DNA of 64,000 nt, taken from assembly GCA_944390535.1 (NCBI GenBank), contig CALXQV010000043.1, positions 7,056-71,055 of the forward strand, read 5' to 3'. The notes below the pieces were generated by a model, which saw only the letters and a program-made list of their open reading frames with translations, searched no databases and was not told where the DNA came from. Within the stretch, counting starts at the first letter, position 1. Every line of letters begins with the position of its first letter. Below, piece after piece: positions 17,725 through 27,493 of this stretch. Source of the stretch: an uncultured Clostridia bacterium (GTDB lineage: Bacteria > Bacillota > Clostridia > TANB77 > CAG-508). A program made the translations under genes and the position numbers.

Positions 17725-18819
17725 TTAGCTTTTGACATATACTGTTTTCGTATCATAAGACAAAGCAATATTCTCTTCATTTAATATTTTCATGATTTTT
17801 GTGTTAATATCTTCTACCTCTTTTAAATAACTTGCATAATCTACTGAATTGGTATATGTATAAATCAATATATTCATTCCATTATTCGTTATTTGGTCAA
17901 ATTTTACAATAATAGAATCATCATAGATATTTTCTCTTTCTTGTAACATTTTTTCAATTCTTGTTTTTAACAAGTCTAATTTTTGTAATGGTGTATCTAA
18001 TTCTACACATAGATTTGTCTTATATCTTCTTTTCTCCATCTTGCTCCAATTTGTTACAGATGCATCTGCAATCATCGCATTGGGAATATTGACTAATGCA
18101 TTTTCAAAGGTTCGAATTCTCGTTGTTCTAAATGTGATATCTTCTATGGTTCCTTCATAATTTTCCATTTCAATCCAGTCACCAACCACAAATGGCTTAT
18201 CTATAAAAATGACCATTCCACCAAATAAATTCTTAGCAGTATCTTGTGCTGCAAGTGTTACAATAACACCACCTAATCCTAATCCAGCAACCAATCCTGT
18301 TAAATTGATTTCTAAGATTGCTAATATGAAAAATATCGCAATTACATAAATCAGTACTCTTGTCACTTTTAGTACAAATTCAAAAACAGAATCTTCCATT
18401 TTTTGGTTTAAGCTTTTTCTTAATTTTTTTCCTAGCGTTGTTTTAATGGTAAAACTATTTGCTAATCCCACTGCAAACTCTATGACACTGATAATTTTAA
18501 AAGCTTTTGTTACTATGTCCATTACTTGTTCATTAATTTGTAATGGTACTTTTAAAAAGACAATTGCTAAATAAATTCCTAGTATAATAAAAAATACTTT
18601 TAATGGTTTAAAAAATGCACTTTCTTTTATTTCTTTTGCTTTTTTACTTCTTATTTTAAACACACGTATTATCATATAAGAAAAAGTGCCACTAAGTATT
18701 CTAAAAAATACTATAATTCCAATGGCTATGAAAATATCTATCATTTGTATAGATGTTATTCTTGCCCAAAATTCAGTTAACTGTTCCATATGCTCCTCCA
18801 TATTTTTTCTATACGACAA
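17725..18819 (-). CDS. mechanosensitive ion channel (MscS) family protein
   Basis: 364 aa. TM helices followed by the MscS beta-domain signature (FGGMVIFIDKPFVVGDWIE). The start is uncertain: TTG at 18819 or ATG at 18789. Confidence 0.85.
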   Translation of the reverse strand: MSYRKNMEEHMEQLTEFWARITSIQMIDIFIAIGIIVFFRILSGTFSYMIIRVFKIRSKKAKEIKESAFFKPLKVFFIILGIYLAIVFLKVPLQINEQVMDIVTKAFKIISVIEFAVGLANSFTIKTTLGKKLRKSLNQKMEDSVFEFVLKVTRVLIYVIAIFFILAILEINLTGLVAGLGLGGVIVTLAAQDTAKNLFGGMVIFIDKPFVVGDWIEMENYEGTIEDITFRTTRIRTFENALVNIPNAMIADASVTNWSKMEKRRYKTNLCVELDTPLQKLDLLKTRIEKMLQERENIYDDSIIVKFDQITNNGMNILIYTYTNSVDYASYLKEVEDINTKIMKILNEENIALSYDTKTVYVKS

Positions 18820-18888
18820 GGTTAAATTTCTTATATTTTTGTGATAGCTAAAACAATTTTATTTTGTAAAACCTCTTTTTTATAATTC

Positions 18889-19013
18889 AATTTGAAAGAG
18901 AATCGGTATTTGTCTAGGCAACCAAATTTTAAATTTATGAGGCGTACGTTTTGTACGTTGAATAAATTTAAAATTTAGGTTAACAACGACAAATGGTGAT
19001 TATCTTTCAAATT
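18889..19013. repeat. long imperfect palindrome overlapping the rpoD stop codon (terminator-like hairpin)
   Basis: ~57-nt arms AATTTGAAAGAGAATC... / ...GATTATCTTTCAAATT are matched in blocks around an apical CGTAC-GTTTT-GTACG hairpin. Confidence 0.6.
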
Positions 19014-20245
19014 TAGCTCATGTAATCTCTAAGCTTCTTACTCCTACTAGGATGTCTCAATTTCCTTAAAGCCTTTGCTTCAATTTGTCTAATTCTTTCT
19101 CTTGTTACTTGAAATTCTCTACCTACTTCTTCTAAAGTTCTTGATTTTCCATCTTCTAAACCAAATCTCAATTTTAAAACTTTTGCTTCTCTTGGTGTTA
19201 ATGTATTCATAACCTCTTCTAATTGTTCTCTAAGCATAGTATATGCTGCTGAATCCTGAGGTGCTGGAGAATCATCATCTTGTATAAAATCTCCTAAATG
19301 GCTATCATCTTCTTCTCCAATTGGTGTCTCTAAAGATACTGGATCTTGTGCAATTTTTTGAATCTCTATTACTTTTTCCACTGGTATTTCCATTTCATTT
19401 GCAATTTCTTCTGGGGTAGGTTCTCTACCTAATTGTTGTAACAAATGTCTAGAAGTTCTAATCAATTTGTTGATTGTTTCTACCATATGAACAGGAATTC
19501 TGATTGTTCTTGCTTGGTCTGCAATTGCCCTTGTAATCGCTTGTCTAATCCACCAAGTTGCATAGGTACTAAATTTAAATCCTTTTGTATAATCAAATTT
19601 TTCAACAGCTTTAATTAATCCCATGTTTCCTTCTTGTATTAAATCTAAGAATAACATGCCTCTTCCTACATATTTTTTTGCAATACTAACAACTAATCTT
19701 AAATTTGATTCTGCTAATTTTTGTTTTGCATCTTCATCTTCTTGTAATACTTTTTTTGCTAAGTCTAATTCTTCATCAAAAGTAAGTAATGGAATCCTTC
19801 CGATTTCTCTCAAATACATTCTTACAGGGTCATCAACATTAATTCCTTCATAACTTGTATCTGTAATTTCATCTAATTTTAACTCTTCTACTTCTTTTAA
19901 ATCTTCAATGTCTGGTTCCTCATCCATATCATCTTGTAGTAAATCCACACCTAACTCTTCAAAAGCATCAAATACTTTATCAATTTGATCTGGATTGACA
20001 TCATCTAATTCAGATGCTAAGTCCCCATATGTAATGGTTCCCTTTTCTTTTGCTTTTTTTAGGATATTATTTACTTTTTCTTCTTTTAATTTTTTTGTTT
20101 CTTCTGATTCTTCTACTTGTTCTTCTTTTTTTGATTTTTCTACTTCTTCTGCTTTCTTGTGTGCTTTTTTTCTTACTTTTTCAATTTTTTCTTTGATTTG
20201 TTCTTGTTTTAATTCTTCTTGTTTATTCTCTTCTTTTTTTGCCAT
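19013..20245 (-). CDS. rpoD: RNA polymerase primary sigma factor
   Basis: 410 aa. Acidic/lysine-rich N-terminus, region 2 ([17 protein letters not shown]) and region 4 ([26 protein letters not shown]). Confidence 0.95.
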   Translation of the reverse strand: MAKKEENKQEELKQEQIKEKIEKVRKKAHKKAEEVEKSKKEEQVEESEETKKLKEEKVNNILKKAKEKGTITYGDLASELDDVNPDQIDKVFDAFEELGVDLLQDDMDEEPDIEDLKEVEELKLDEITDTSYEGINVDDPVRMYLREIGRIPLLTFDEELDLAKKVLQEDEDAKQKLAESNLRLVVSIAKKYVGRGMLFLDLIQEGNMGLIKAVEKFDYTKGFKFSTYATWWIRQAITRAIADQARTIRIPVHMVETINKLIRTSRHLLQQLGREPTPEEIANEMEIPVEKVIEIQKIAQDPVSLETPIGEEDDSHLGDFIQDDDSPAPQDSAAYTMLREQLEEVMNTLTPREAKVLKLRFGLEDGKSRTLEEVGREFQVTRERIRQIEAKALRKLRHPSRSKKLRDYMS

Positions 20246-20252
20246 TTTATCA

Positions 20253-20314
20253 CATTCCTTTCTTAATGTGAAAATCTGGTTGGAAAAAAATTGAATTTCA
20301 ATTATTTTTCAACC
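20253..20314 (-). promoter_or_regulatory. conserved hairpin-plus-SD leader motif (family C) directly upstream of rpoD
   Basis: GGTTGAAAAATAATTGA-AAT-TCAATTTTTTTCCAACC, then CAGATTTTCACATTAAGAAAGGAATG on the minus strand. A second copy lies at 62317-62374. Confidence 0.4.
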
Positions 20315-20324
20315 TAATTCACCC

Positions 20325-22112
20325 CTATCTAATTTTTGCTAACCTAATAATAATATCACTAAGCTCTTTTTCTAATTCTTTTTTTTCATTTTCTTCAGTT
20401 GGATTTTCTAACAACTCTAAAATTTCAAATTTTCTTTCATTTAATTTATCTTTTTCATAACTTTGTATAATGTCATCAATTGCTTTTTCTACATCTTCAA
20501 TCCCATAATCTTCTGCCATTATCATGGTAATATGATTTTGCTCTTCTTCTGATAAATCATTCATTATACTATTTATATTACTATTTCCATTTTCAAATTC
20601 TTCATACAGTTTTTTCGCAATCTTCTTGTCTATCTCATACTTGAAATCTTCAATTGTAATATTTTGTTTTATAATTTGATAAATATTGTTATCCCCTGAT
20701 AATAAGATAGCTAAAATCGTATTTTCTCTTCTCTTCGTAGCTTCTGATACATTGTCTATTTCTTTTTTTTCTATGTGTCTTACTACGACTTTGGGCTTAT
20801 TTAAAAGTTTTTCATCTTTAACCTCTTTATATGTCAATTTATTAACTTCTGCATAAATTGCTTCTTTTGAGACATCATATTCTTTTGCTATCTTTTCAAT
20901 ATAGACTTCTCTTTCCATATTATTGTCAATCTTTGAAATCAATTTGGCAATTTCATTTAAAAACTTTATTTTGTCATTTGTACTTTCTAAGTCCAAAGAT
21001 TGCCTTAATATTTTGACTTTAAATTCAATCACAGAAATTGCTTTGTCAACCAAATTTTGAAATCTTGCATTTCCATATTTGATAACATATTCATCAGGAT
21101 CTTTTGCTCCGTCCATTTGTAAGACACGAATGTCACATCCCATATTTTGTAATATTTCCATTGCTCTTACTTTTGCAGTTTGTCCAGCCTCGTCTGAATC
21201 ATAGCTTAAAATAATTTGTTCTGTATGATTTCTTAGTAAATATCCTTGTTGCTGGGTTAGTGCTGTACCTAAAGAAGCAACAACATTGTGGATTTCTCTT
21301 TGATGAAGAGAAATCACATCCATATACCCTTCTACAATCAATAATTTTTTCTTGATGTCATATTTTTTTGCAACATTTAGTCCATATAAATGTCTTCCCT
21401 TGCTATATACTACATTTTCTGGTGAATTGATATATTTGGGTTTTGAGTCATCTAGTACTCTTCCTCCAAATGCAATGACTCTCCCTCTAACATCACAAAT
21501 AGGAAACATTAATCTGTTACGATATCTATCAATATATTGACCTTTTTCATTTTTATTCACTAAGCCAGACTCTAAAATTTCTCTATCTTCAAAACCTTGT
21601 TTTTTCAGTTCTCTATACAATTCATCAAATTTTCCTGAAAATCCGATTTGAAAAGATTTTAATGTTTCATTTGATAATTTTCTTTTCTTTATGTATTCTT
21701 GAGCCATTTTAGACTCTGGTTTATATAAGTTTTCATGATAATACTTTGCTGTAAATTCATTCACTTTATAGACTTTCGCTTTTAAAAGTTCTTTAGCTGA
21801 ATCTGCATTATTTTCTAATGTTGGTAACTGTATATTTGCTCTTTCTGCTAATAGTTGTACTGCTTCTACAAAATTGATTCCTTCAATCTTTGTTAAAAAT
21901 GTAAATACATTTCCACCTACACCACAACCAAAACAGTGAAATATTTGTTTTTCTGGAGATACTGAAAATGAGGGTGATTTTTCATTGTGAAAAGGACATA
22001 AGCCAAAATAATTTCTGCCACTTCTCTTTAGTCTTACATATTGTGATATCACATCTACAATATCATTTGACTGTCTTACATCATCAATGATTTCATCACT
22101 ATATCTTGCCAT
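20325..22112 (-). CDS. dnaG: DNA primase
   Basis: 595 aa. Zinc ribbon CPFHNEKSPSFSV...FHCFGCG, Toprim domain (EGYMDV) and a position upstream of rpoD. Confidence 0.95.
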   Translation of the reverse strand: MARYSDEIIDDVRQSNDIVDVISQYVRLKRSGRNYFGLCPFHNEKSPSFSVSPEKQIFHCFGCGVGGNVFTFLTKIEGINFVEAVQLLAERANIQLPTLENNADSAKELLKAKVYKVNEFTAKYYHENLYKPESKMAQEYIKKRKLSNETLKSFQIGFSGKFDELYRELKKQGFEDREILESGLVNKNEKGQYIDRYRNRLMFPICDVRGRVIAFGGRVLDDSKPKYINSPENVVYSKGRHLYGLNVAKKYDIKKKLLIVEGYMDVISLHQREIHNVVASLGTALTQQQGYLLRNHTEQIILSYDSDEAGQTAKVRAMEILQNMGCDIRVLQMDGAKDPDEYVIKYGNARFQNLVDKAISVIEFKVKILRQSLDLESTNDKIKFLNEIAKLISKIDNNMEREVYIEKIAKEYDVSKEAIYAEVNKLTYKEVKDEKLLNKPKVVVRHIEKKEIDNVSEATKRRENTILAILLSGDNNIYQIIKQNITIEDFKYEIDKKIAKKLYEEFENGNSNINSIMNDLSEEEQNHITMIMAEDYGIEDVEKAIDDIIQSYEKDKLNERKFEILELLENPTEENEKKELEKELSDIIIRLAKIR

Positions 22113-22292
22113 TCTTTTCTCCTTTCCTAAAATATTTCACATTACTATACATAATTATATTATTCGACGTATTTTACATAAATCCTTCTTCTTGTTCAAA
22201 AAAAACATTTTATAAAACATAAACATGCAAAAAATGCACTTTCAAATATCAGATAACATTCAAAGTACATTTTCTTTTTTTTGTTTACATTT

Positions 22293-22955
22293 TTAATTAT
22301 TCATCAACATGATTTTATTGTCCATTTTATTCACAATTTTAGCATAATTGACCAATTCTTTTGAAGTTTTTTTATTGACTTCTTTATCAGTTTTATATTT
22401 CATTTTATGTTCTAAACTAGCCCAGAAATCCATTGCCATTGTTCGTATTTGTATCTCTACTTTTACATATATTGTTTGTTTTGATAAAGTAACTGGTACT
22501 TTTACAACCATATGATAACTTGCATATCCACTTTCTTTTGGATGATTTACATAGTCTTTTTCTTTTTCAATATGAATTCCTGGTATTTCTTCAATTAAAT
22601 TTCTAATTTTGAATATGTCATCTTTTAATTGACATATAATTCGGACTCCTGCTATATCATTAATGTCTTCTATCATTTTTTTATATGTAAGTTTATATCC
22701 TTTTTTCTTCATTTTGTTTATAATACTTTCTGGCTGTTTTATTCTTGTGTTAATATGATCAATTAAATCATAGTTATAAAATACTTTAAATTCTTTTTGT
22801 ATGATATGCATTTTGGTTTCTAATTCTGTAATTGCCATCTCATAGATGGTCATTATTTTTTCAAATGTATTGGTCTTTTCTTCTATTTTTCCATCATAGC
22901 TCAAAAAATTTTTTATTTCTGCAATTCCCAATTCTTTGACTTTATCTTTTTTCAT
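22293..22955 (-). CDS. GTP pyrophosphokinase, small alarmone synthetase (RelQ/RelP type)
   Basis: 220 aa. RelA/SpoT synthetase motifs GVRIICQ, SGYASYH and EIQIRTMAMDFWASLEHK. Confidence 0.85.
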   Translation of the reverse strand: MKKDKVKELGIAEIKNFLSYDGKIEEKTNTFEKIMTIYEMAITELETKMHIIQKEFKVFYNYDLIDHINTRIKQPESIINKMKKKGYKLTYKKMIEDINDIAGVRIICQLKDDIFKIRNLIEEIPGIHIEKEKDYVNHPKESGYASYHMVVKVPVTLSKQTIYVKVEIQIRTMAMDFWASLEHKMKYKTDKEVNKKTSKELVNYAKIVNKMDNKIMLMNN

Positions 22956-23077
22956 ATTTCATCACAACTCCTCATAGGATATTTATGTTTGCTCCTATTT
23001 AGTATATGCATATATTATCCTATAATTGTTTCTAAAACATATTTATATTGTGTTTTTTTCATGAACACTTGTAAAAG

Positions 23078-23400
23078 AGAACAATAGCGGGCTTTCTTAA
23101 ACATTTTCTCTATTCATAATATTTTAAAGCCCGCGTTATTGTTCGGCGCCAAATTTTACGCAAGTAAAATTTGTGTGCAATCGTTAGAGCGAAGCGATGT
23201 TCTTGAAAAGGAAAACCTCGATTTTTCCTTTTCAAGTGACAAATCTCGCTTCGCGAGAACTCTTCTCTAATTTTCTAATTTGACTATATATATTTAAGTA
23301 ATAGAAAAAACGTAAAGTGTCGACGTGAAAAATTGCTTTGCAATTTTTCTGTGCAATGTTATTTTTTTTAGAATAGGAAAATTCGATTTTTCCTATTCTA
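23078..23400. repeat. multi-hairpin intergenic repeat, family A, full-length copy
   Basis: ~323 bp, roughly 85-90% identical by eye to 53263-53590. Contains at least 5 hairpins. Confidence 0.85.
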
Positions 23401-23427
23401 AAAAAAATAAAAGCCAAATTGGCTTTT
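23401..23427 (-). terminator. intrinsic terminator after 23426-24691
   Basis: Minus strand: AAAAGCC-AATTT-GGCTTTT followed by ATTTTTTTT. The stem overlaps the stop codon. Confidence 0.65.
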
Positions 23428-24691
23428 ATCTAGGTTCATCTCTCCATTTTGCTTTTTTCACATTCGGTGTTTCTTTTGCACTTGCTATTTTATATTCTAC
23501 AGTAGACGCATTTTCTTTATTGTTCCCTTTTTGTCTTTTTTCAATTGACCTATTAATTGCATGAATATATTGTCCTCTATCTTTTACCTTCTTTTTACTT
23601 AGATTTCCTATCAGGCCTGATTCAATACATTGTGCAATTGTATCCATTTCTCTAGTACTTAACTTAGACAATATACGAAGATATCTTCCTCTTTCTCCAT
23701 CAGGCAAGTCCCTTACAGTAGAAATAAATTGACGCACAGTATACATTTCTTGATCTTGTTTTTTCAAACTATCTTTTATCTTTCCTCGTGTTAAATTTGT
23801 TAGAGCAGGCGTATATTTATTTAAAAAATCCAAATACTTTTCAATTTCTTTGTCTGTGATATTTCCTAAATCAGATGGTGAAAACAGCTCTACTGATTCT
23901 CCCTGTTTTTTCGCTTCTTTTGATGATTCCTCTGCTATTTTTTCTAAGAAAATATCTGTAACATATTCTTTATCAAATTTATTTTCTTCACTATCCTTTA
24001 ATAAACTAAGATATTCTTCTTCAATTTTTTGAGGCATTTTTGCTCTCATCATCTCATCTAATGGAATAATTTTCTCCATTGAATAAATACTCATTGCTCC
24101 ATTACGCTCATGATACATAATAGCAAAATTTTTAGCAATTACTTTATACAATTCGCGTTTAACATCATCTGTCATTTCCTCCCCCACTAAACTATTTTGG
24201 ATTTTCATCGATAGGATATCTTGTTGTTCAACTGTTTTTAGCGAATTATATAATTTTGTAAGTAATGTACAAGCCCCCTCTTTTTGTGCTTCTTCATTTT
24301 TTAATGTAGTAGCTACTTCTATCGCATCCTTCTGTGATAAATTGGAATTTTCTATTACATATAATGTTACAGCATCTGATGCTTCTTTTGCGATTGTCGC
24401 TGCTACATTAGCTGAAACTTGTGGAGAGTCTGTGGCTTTTCGTGCTGATTGATCTATTGCTCGTTGTGGAATTCGAGAATCGGCATTTACTCTTCTCATA
24501 ATCACATCTCTATCCTCTGGATGTTCTGTTAATGCTCTTATGATTGTTTCTGCTTGTCTTTCTATTCGTTCTTCTGGTGTTAAGTTTTCATCTGTTGTTG
24601 GTTCTATAACCTGTTTTTCAACAATTTCCTCTACTGTTTTCCTTCCTAGAAACTTTTCTTGGAATCTTTTACCTAAATCTTTTAATTTCAT
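23426..24691 (-). CDS. hypothetical protein (421 aa), translationally close-coupled to adhE
   Basis: Long ORF with an SD (GGGGA) 7 nt upstream, starting 10 nt after the adhE stop. No recognisable domain. Confidence 0.7.
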   Translation of the reverse strand: MKLKDLGKRFQEKFLGRKTVEEIVEKQVIEPTTDENLTPEERIERQAETIIRALTEHPEDRDVIMRRVNADSRIPQRAIDQSARKATDSPQVSANVAATIAKEASDAVTLYVIENSNLSQKDAIEVATTLKNEEAQKEGACTLLTKLYNSLKTVEQQDILSMKIQNSLVGEEMTDDVKRELYKVIAKNFAIMYHERNGAMSIYSMEKIIPLDEMMRAKMPQKIEEEYLSLLKDSEENKFDKEYVTDIFLEKIAEESSKEAKKQGESVELFSPSDLGNITDKEIEKYLDFLNKYTPALTNLTRGKIKDSLKKQDQEMYTVRQFISTVRDLPDGERGRYLRILSKLSTREMDTIAQCIESGLIGNLSKKKVKDRGQYIHAINRSIEKRQKGNNKENASTVEYKIASAKETPNVKKAKWRDEPR

Positions 24692-24701
24692 TCTCTATCC
24701 C

Positions 24702-27314
24702 CTACTTTATTTCTTTTCCATAATAACTGTCTAATAAGATTTGTTTGATTTCTGATACTAATGGTACTCTTGGATTTGCAGTTGTACATTGATCTTCAAA
24801 TGCTCTATCTGCTAACATATCTACTTTTGCTAAAAAGTCTTGCTCATCAATTCCTGCATCTTTAAATGATTTTGGAATATTCATATGTTCATTCATTTCT
24901 TTTATTTTCTCAATTAAACTGCTAATTCCTTCTTCTTGTGTTTTTGCTTTTAATCCAACTTTTTTCGCAATTTCATAATATTTTTTATCTGCTATAAAAT
25001 ATTCATATTTAGGGAATGAAACAAATTTTGTTGGTTTCGTACTATTGTATCTTACCACATATGGTAATAATATCGCATTAATTCTTCCATGTGGTAAATG
25101 GAATTCTGCACCAATTTTATGAGCAATTGAGTGGTTTACTCCTAAGAAAGCATTTGTAAATGCCATACCTGCAATTGTACTAGCATTATGCATTTTTTCA
25201 CGTGCTAATTTATTTGTTCCATCATCATATGCTTGTTCTAGATATTCAAATACCAATTCTACTGCTTTTTCTGCTAACCCATCTGTATAGTCTGATGCCA
25301 TATTAGAAACATAAGCCTCTAATGCGTGTGTTAACACATCCATACCTGTATCTGCTGTAATAGATTTTGGTAAACTCATGACTAAGTCTGGATCTACAAT
25401 AGCAACATCTGGTGTTAATTCATAGTCTGCTAATGGATATTTTTTATTTTTCTCTTTATCTGTAATAACAGCAAATGATGTTACTTCTGAACCTGTACCA
25501 GAGGTTGTTGGAATGGCTACCATTTGACATTTTTCTCCTAATTTAGGGAATTTATAAGTACGTTTTCTGATATCCATAAATTTCAATTTTAATCCTTCTG
25601 CATCTGCTTCTGGATGTTCATAGAATAACCACATTCCTTTTGCTGCATCAATTGGACTTCCTCCGCCTAATGCAATAATGACATCTGGTTTGAAGTTTTT
25701 CATAGCCTCTACACCCTTCATAATGGTATCAAATGATGGGTCTGCTTCTACTTCACTAAAAATTTCTGAATGTACATATTGTTGTCTATTTCTTAAATGA
25801 TATAAAATTTTATCTACATATCCTAATTTTACCATTCCTGGATCTGTTACAATAAATGCTCTTTCAATATTTGGCATTTTCTCTAAGTAAGCAATTGAAC
25901 CTGCTTCAAAATATATTTTTTCTGGAACTTTAAACCATTGCATATTAACCCTCCTATTTGCAACTCTTTTTACATTAATTAAGTTTACTGATGATACATT
26001 GGCTGTTGTAGAATTTCCACCAAATGAGCCACAACCTAATGTTAATGATGGCATATTGGTATTATATATATCACCGATTGCTCCATGTGTTGATGGAGAG
26101 TTTACGATAATTCTTCCTGCTTTCATCGTTTCTGAGAATTTCAAAATCGTATCTTTATTTTCAGAATGGATAACTGCTGAATGTCCTAATCCACCAAATT
26201 CTAGCAATTTTTCTGCTAATGGTATTCCTTCGTTTTCATCTTTTACTACATAATATGTTAGTACTGGACTTAATTTTTCTTTAGAAAATGGATATTCTTT
26301 TCCAACTCCTGTTTCAGGAACAACAATTACTTTTGTGTCTTCTGGAATTTCAAATCCAGCTTCTTTTGCAATTGTATGAGGATATTGTCCTGGTACATGT
26401 GATTTTAATTTGTAATCTCCACTTTCTGTTTTTTCAAACATACCATTTACTAGTTTTTCTTTTTCTTCTTTATTCACAAAATAGCATCCTGCTTTTTTCA
26501 TTAATTCTTCAAACCTTTTTTGAAGTTCCTTATCAATAATAACAGCTTGTTCTGATGCACAAATCATTCCATTGTCAAATGCTTTTGACATGACTAAATC
26601 ATTTACAGATGTTTCTAATTTTGCTGTTTTATCAATATAGCATGGAACATTTCCAGGTCCTACACCCAAAGCTGGTTTACCACAAGAATAAGCGGATTTG
26701 ACCATGCCTGTCCCTCCAGTTGCTAAAATTAAGTTAACATCTGGATGATTCATTAACAATCTTGTTGCTGTAACACTTGGTTTATCAATCCATAAAATAC
26801 AATTTTCTGGTGCTCCTGCTTTTACAGCTGCATCCCTTAAAATTGTTGCTGCCTCTACACTACATTTTTGTGCAGATGGGTGGAATCCAAATATGATAAC
26901 ATTTCTTGTTTTAGCTGATATAATAGATTTAAACATCGTTGTTGATGTTGGGTTTGTAACAGGTGTTACGCCTGCTATAATTCCAACTGGTTCTGCAATT
27001 TCTACATAGTCATCCTCTACATTTTCATCTATAATCCCTACTGTTTTTTCATATTTGATACTATGATATATATATTCTGTCGCAAACATATTCTTTGTAA
27101 TCTTGTCTTCATAGATACCTCTTCCTGTTTCTTCTACTGCCATTTTTGCTAGCCTCATATGATTTTCAAGTCCTGCCATTGCCATTGCCTTTGTAATGTT
27201 ATTGACTGTTTCTTGGTCTAATTTTAAATATTCTTGAGATGCTACCTTAGCTTTTTCTACTAAGTCATTAATCATTTGTTCAATCTCTTTTTCTTCTTTT
27301 ACATTATCACTCAT
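24702..27314 (-). CDS. adhE: bifunctional acetaldehyde-CoA / alcohol dehydrogenase
   Basis: 870 aa. N-terminal ALDH domain (catalytic Cys in FDNGMICASEQ) and C-terminal Fe-ADH domain (GGGSPIDAAK, HSIAHK). Confidence 0.95.
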   Translation of the reverse strand: MSDNVKEEKEIEQMINDLVEKAKVASQEYLKLDQETVNNITKAMAMAGLENHMRLAKMAVEETGRGIYEDKITKNMFATEYIYHSIKYEKTVGIIDENVEDDYVEIAEPVGIIAGVTPVTNPTSTTMFKSIISAKTRNVIIFGFHPSAQKCSVEAATILRDAAVKAGAPENCILWIDKPSVTATRLLMNHPDVNLILATGGTGMVKSAYSCGKPALGVGPGNVPCYIDKTAKLETSVNDLVMSKAFDNGMICASEQAVIIDKELQKRFEELMKKAGCYFVNKEEKEKLVNGMFEKTESGDYKLKSHVPGQYPHTIAKEAGFEIPEDTKVIVVPETGVGKEYPFSKEKLSPVLTYYVVKDENEGIPLAEKLLEFGGLGHSAVIHSENKDTILKFSETMKAGRIIVNSPSTHGAIGDIYNTNMPSLTLGCGSFGGNSTTANVSSVNLINVKRVANRRVNMQWFKVPEKIYFEAGSIAYLEKMPNIERAFIVTDPGMVKLGYVDKILYHLRNRQQYVHSEIFSEVEADPSFDTIMKGVEAMKNFKPDVIIALGGGSPIDAAKGMWLFYEHPEADAEGLKLKFMDIRKRTYKFPKLGEKCQMVAIPTTSGTGSEVTSFAVITDKEKNKKYPLADYELTPDVAIVDPDLVMSLPKSITADTGMDVLTHALEAYVSNMASDYTDGLAEKAVELVFEYLEQAYDDGTNKLAREKMHNASTIAGMAFTNAFLGVNHSIAHKIGAEFHLPHGRINAILLPYVVRYNSTKPTKFVSFPKYEYFIADKKYYEIAKKVGLKAKTQEEGISSLIEKIKEMNEHMNIPKSFKDAGIDEQDFLAKVDMLADRAFEDQCTTANPRVPLVSEIKQILLDSYYGKEIK

Positions 27315-27461
27315 AAATACCCTCCTCTTCGAGCATTATCTATTTGCTCTATGTTTTATAAAACCTTTTATTCTCTTCTTTAAAAGATTCCAATAAGTCT
27401 ATTATATATAATTGGAATGAAATGTCAATAATATCCAAAAGATATTTTGCAGTTTTTTTGA

Positions 27462-27491
27462 CAAAAAAATACAAGCCCTTTTATGCTTGTA
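27462..27491 (-). terminator. intrinsic terminator after the M23 peptidase gene
   Basis: Stem TACAAGC/GCTTGTA with an 8-nt loop, followed on the minus strand by a run of T. Confidence 0.6.
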
Positions 27492-27493
27492 CT

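Noticed and set aside
23078-23400. CRISPR array or coding small genes within the family A repeats
   Set aside because: There are no evenly spaced direct repeats with unique spacers; the element is a string of different palindromes. The 61-aa and 79-aa ORFs in it are frame-inconsistent between copies.
25999-26539. Plus-strand ORFs inside adhE, and similar antisense ORFs inside rpoD, mfd, topB, addB and the CNNM gene
   Set aside because: All lie antisense to long, well-supported genes, are low-complexity (S/F/L/I-rich) and lack ribosome-binding sites.
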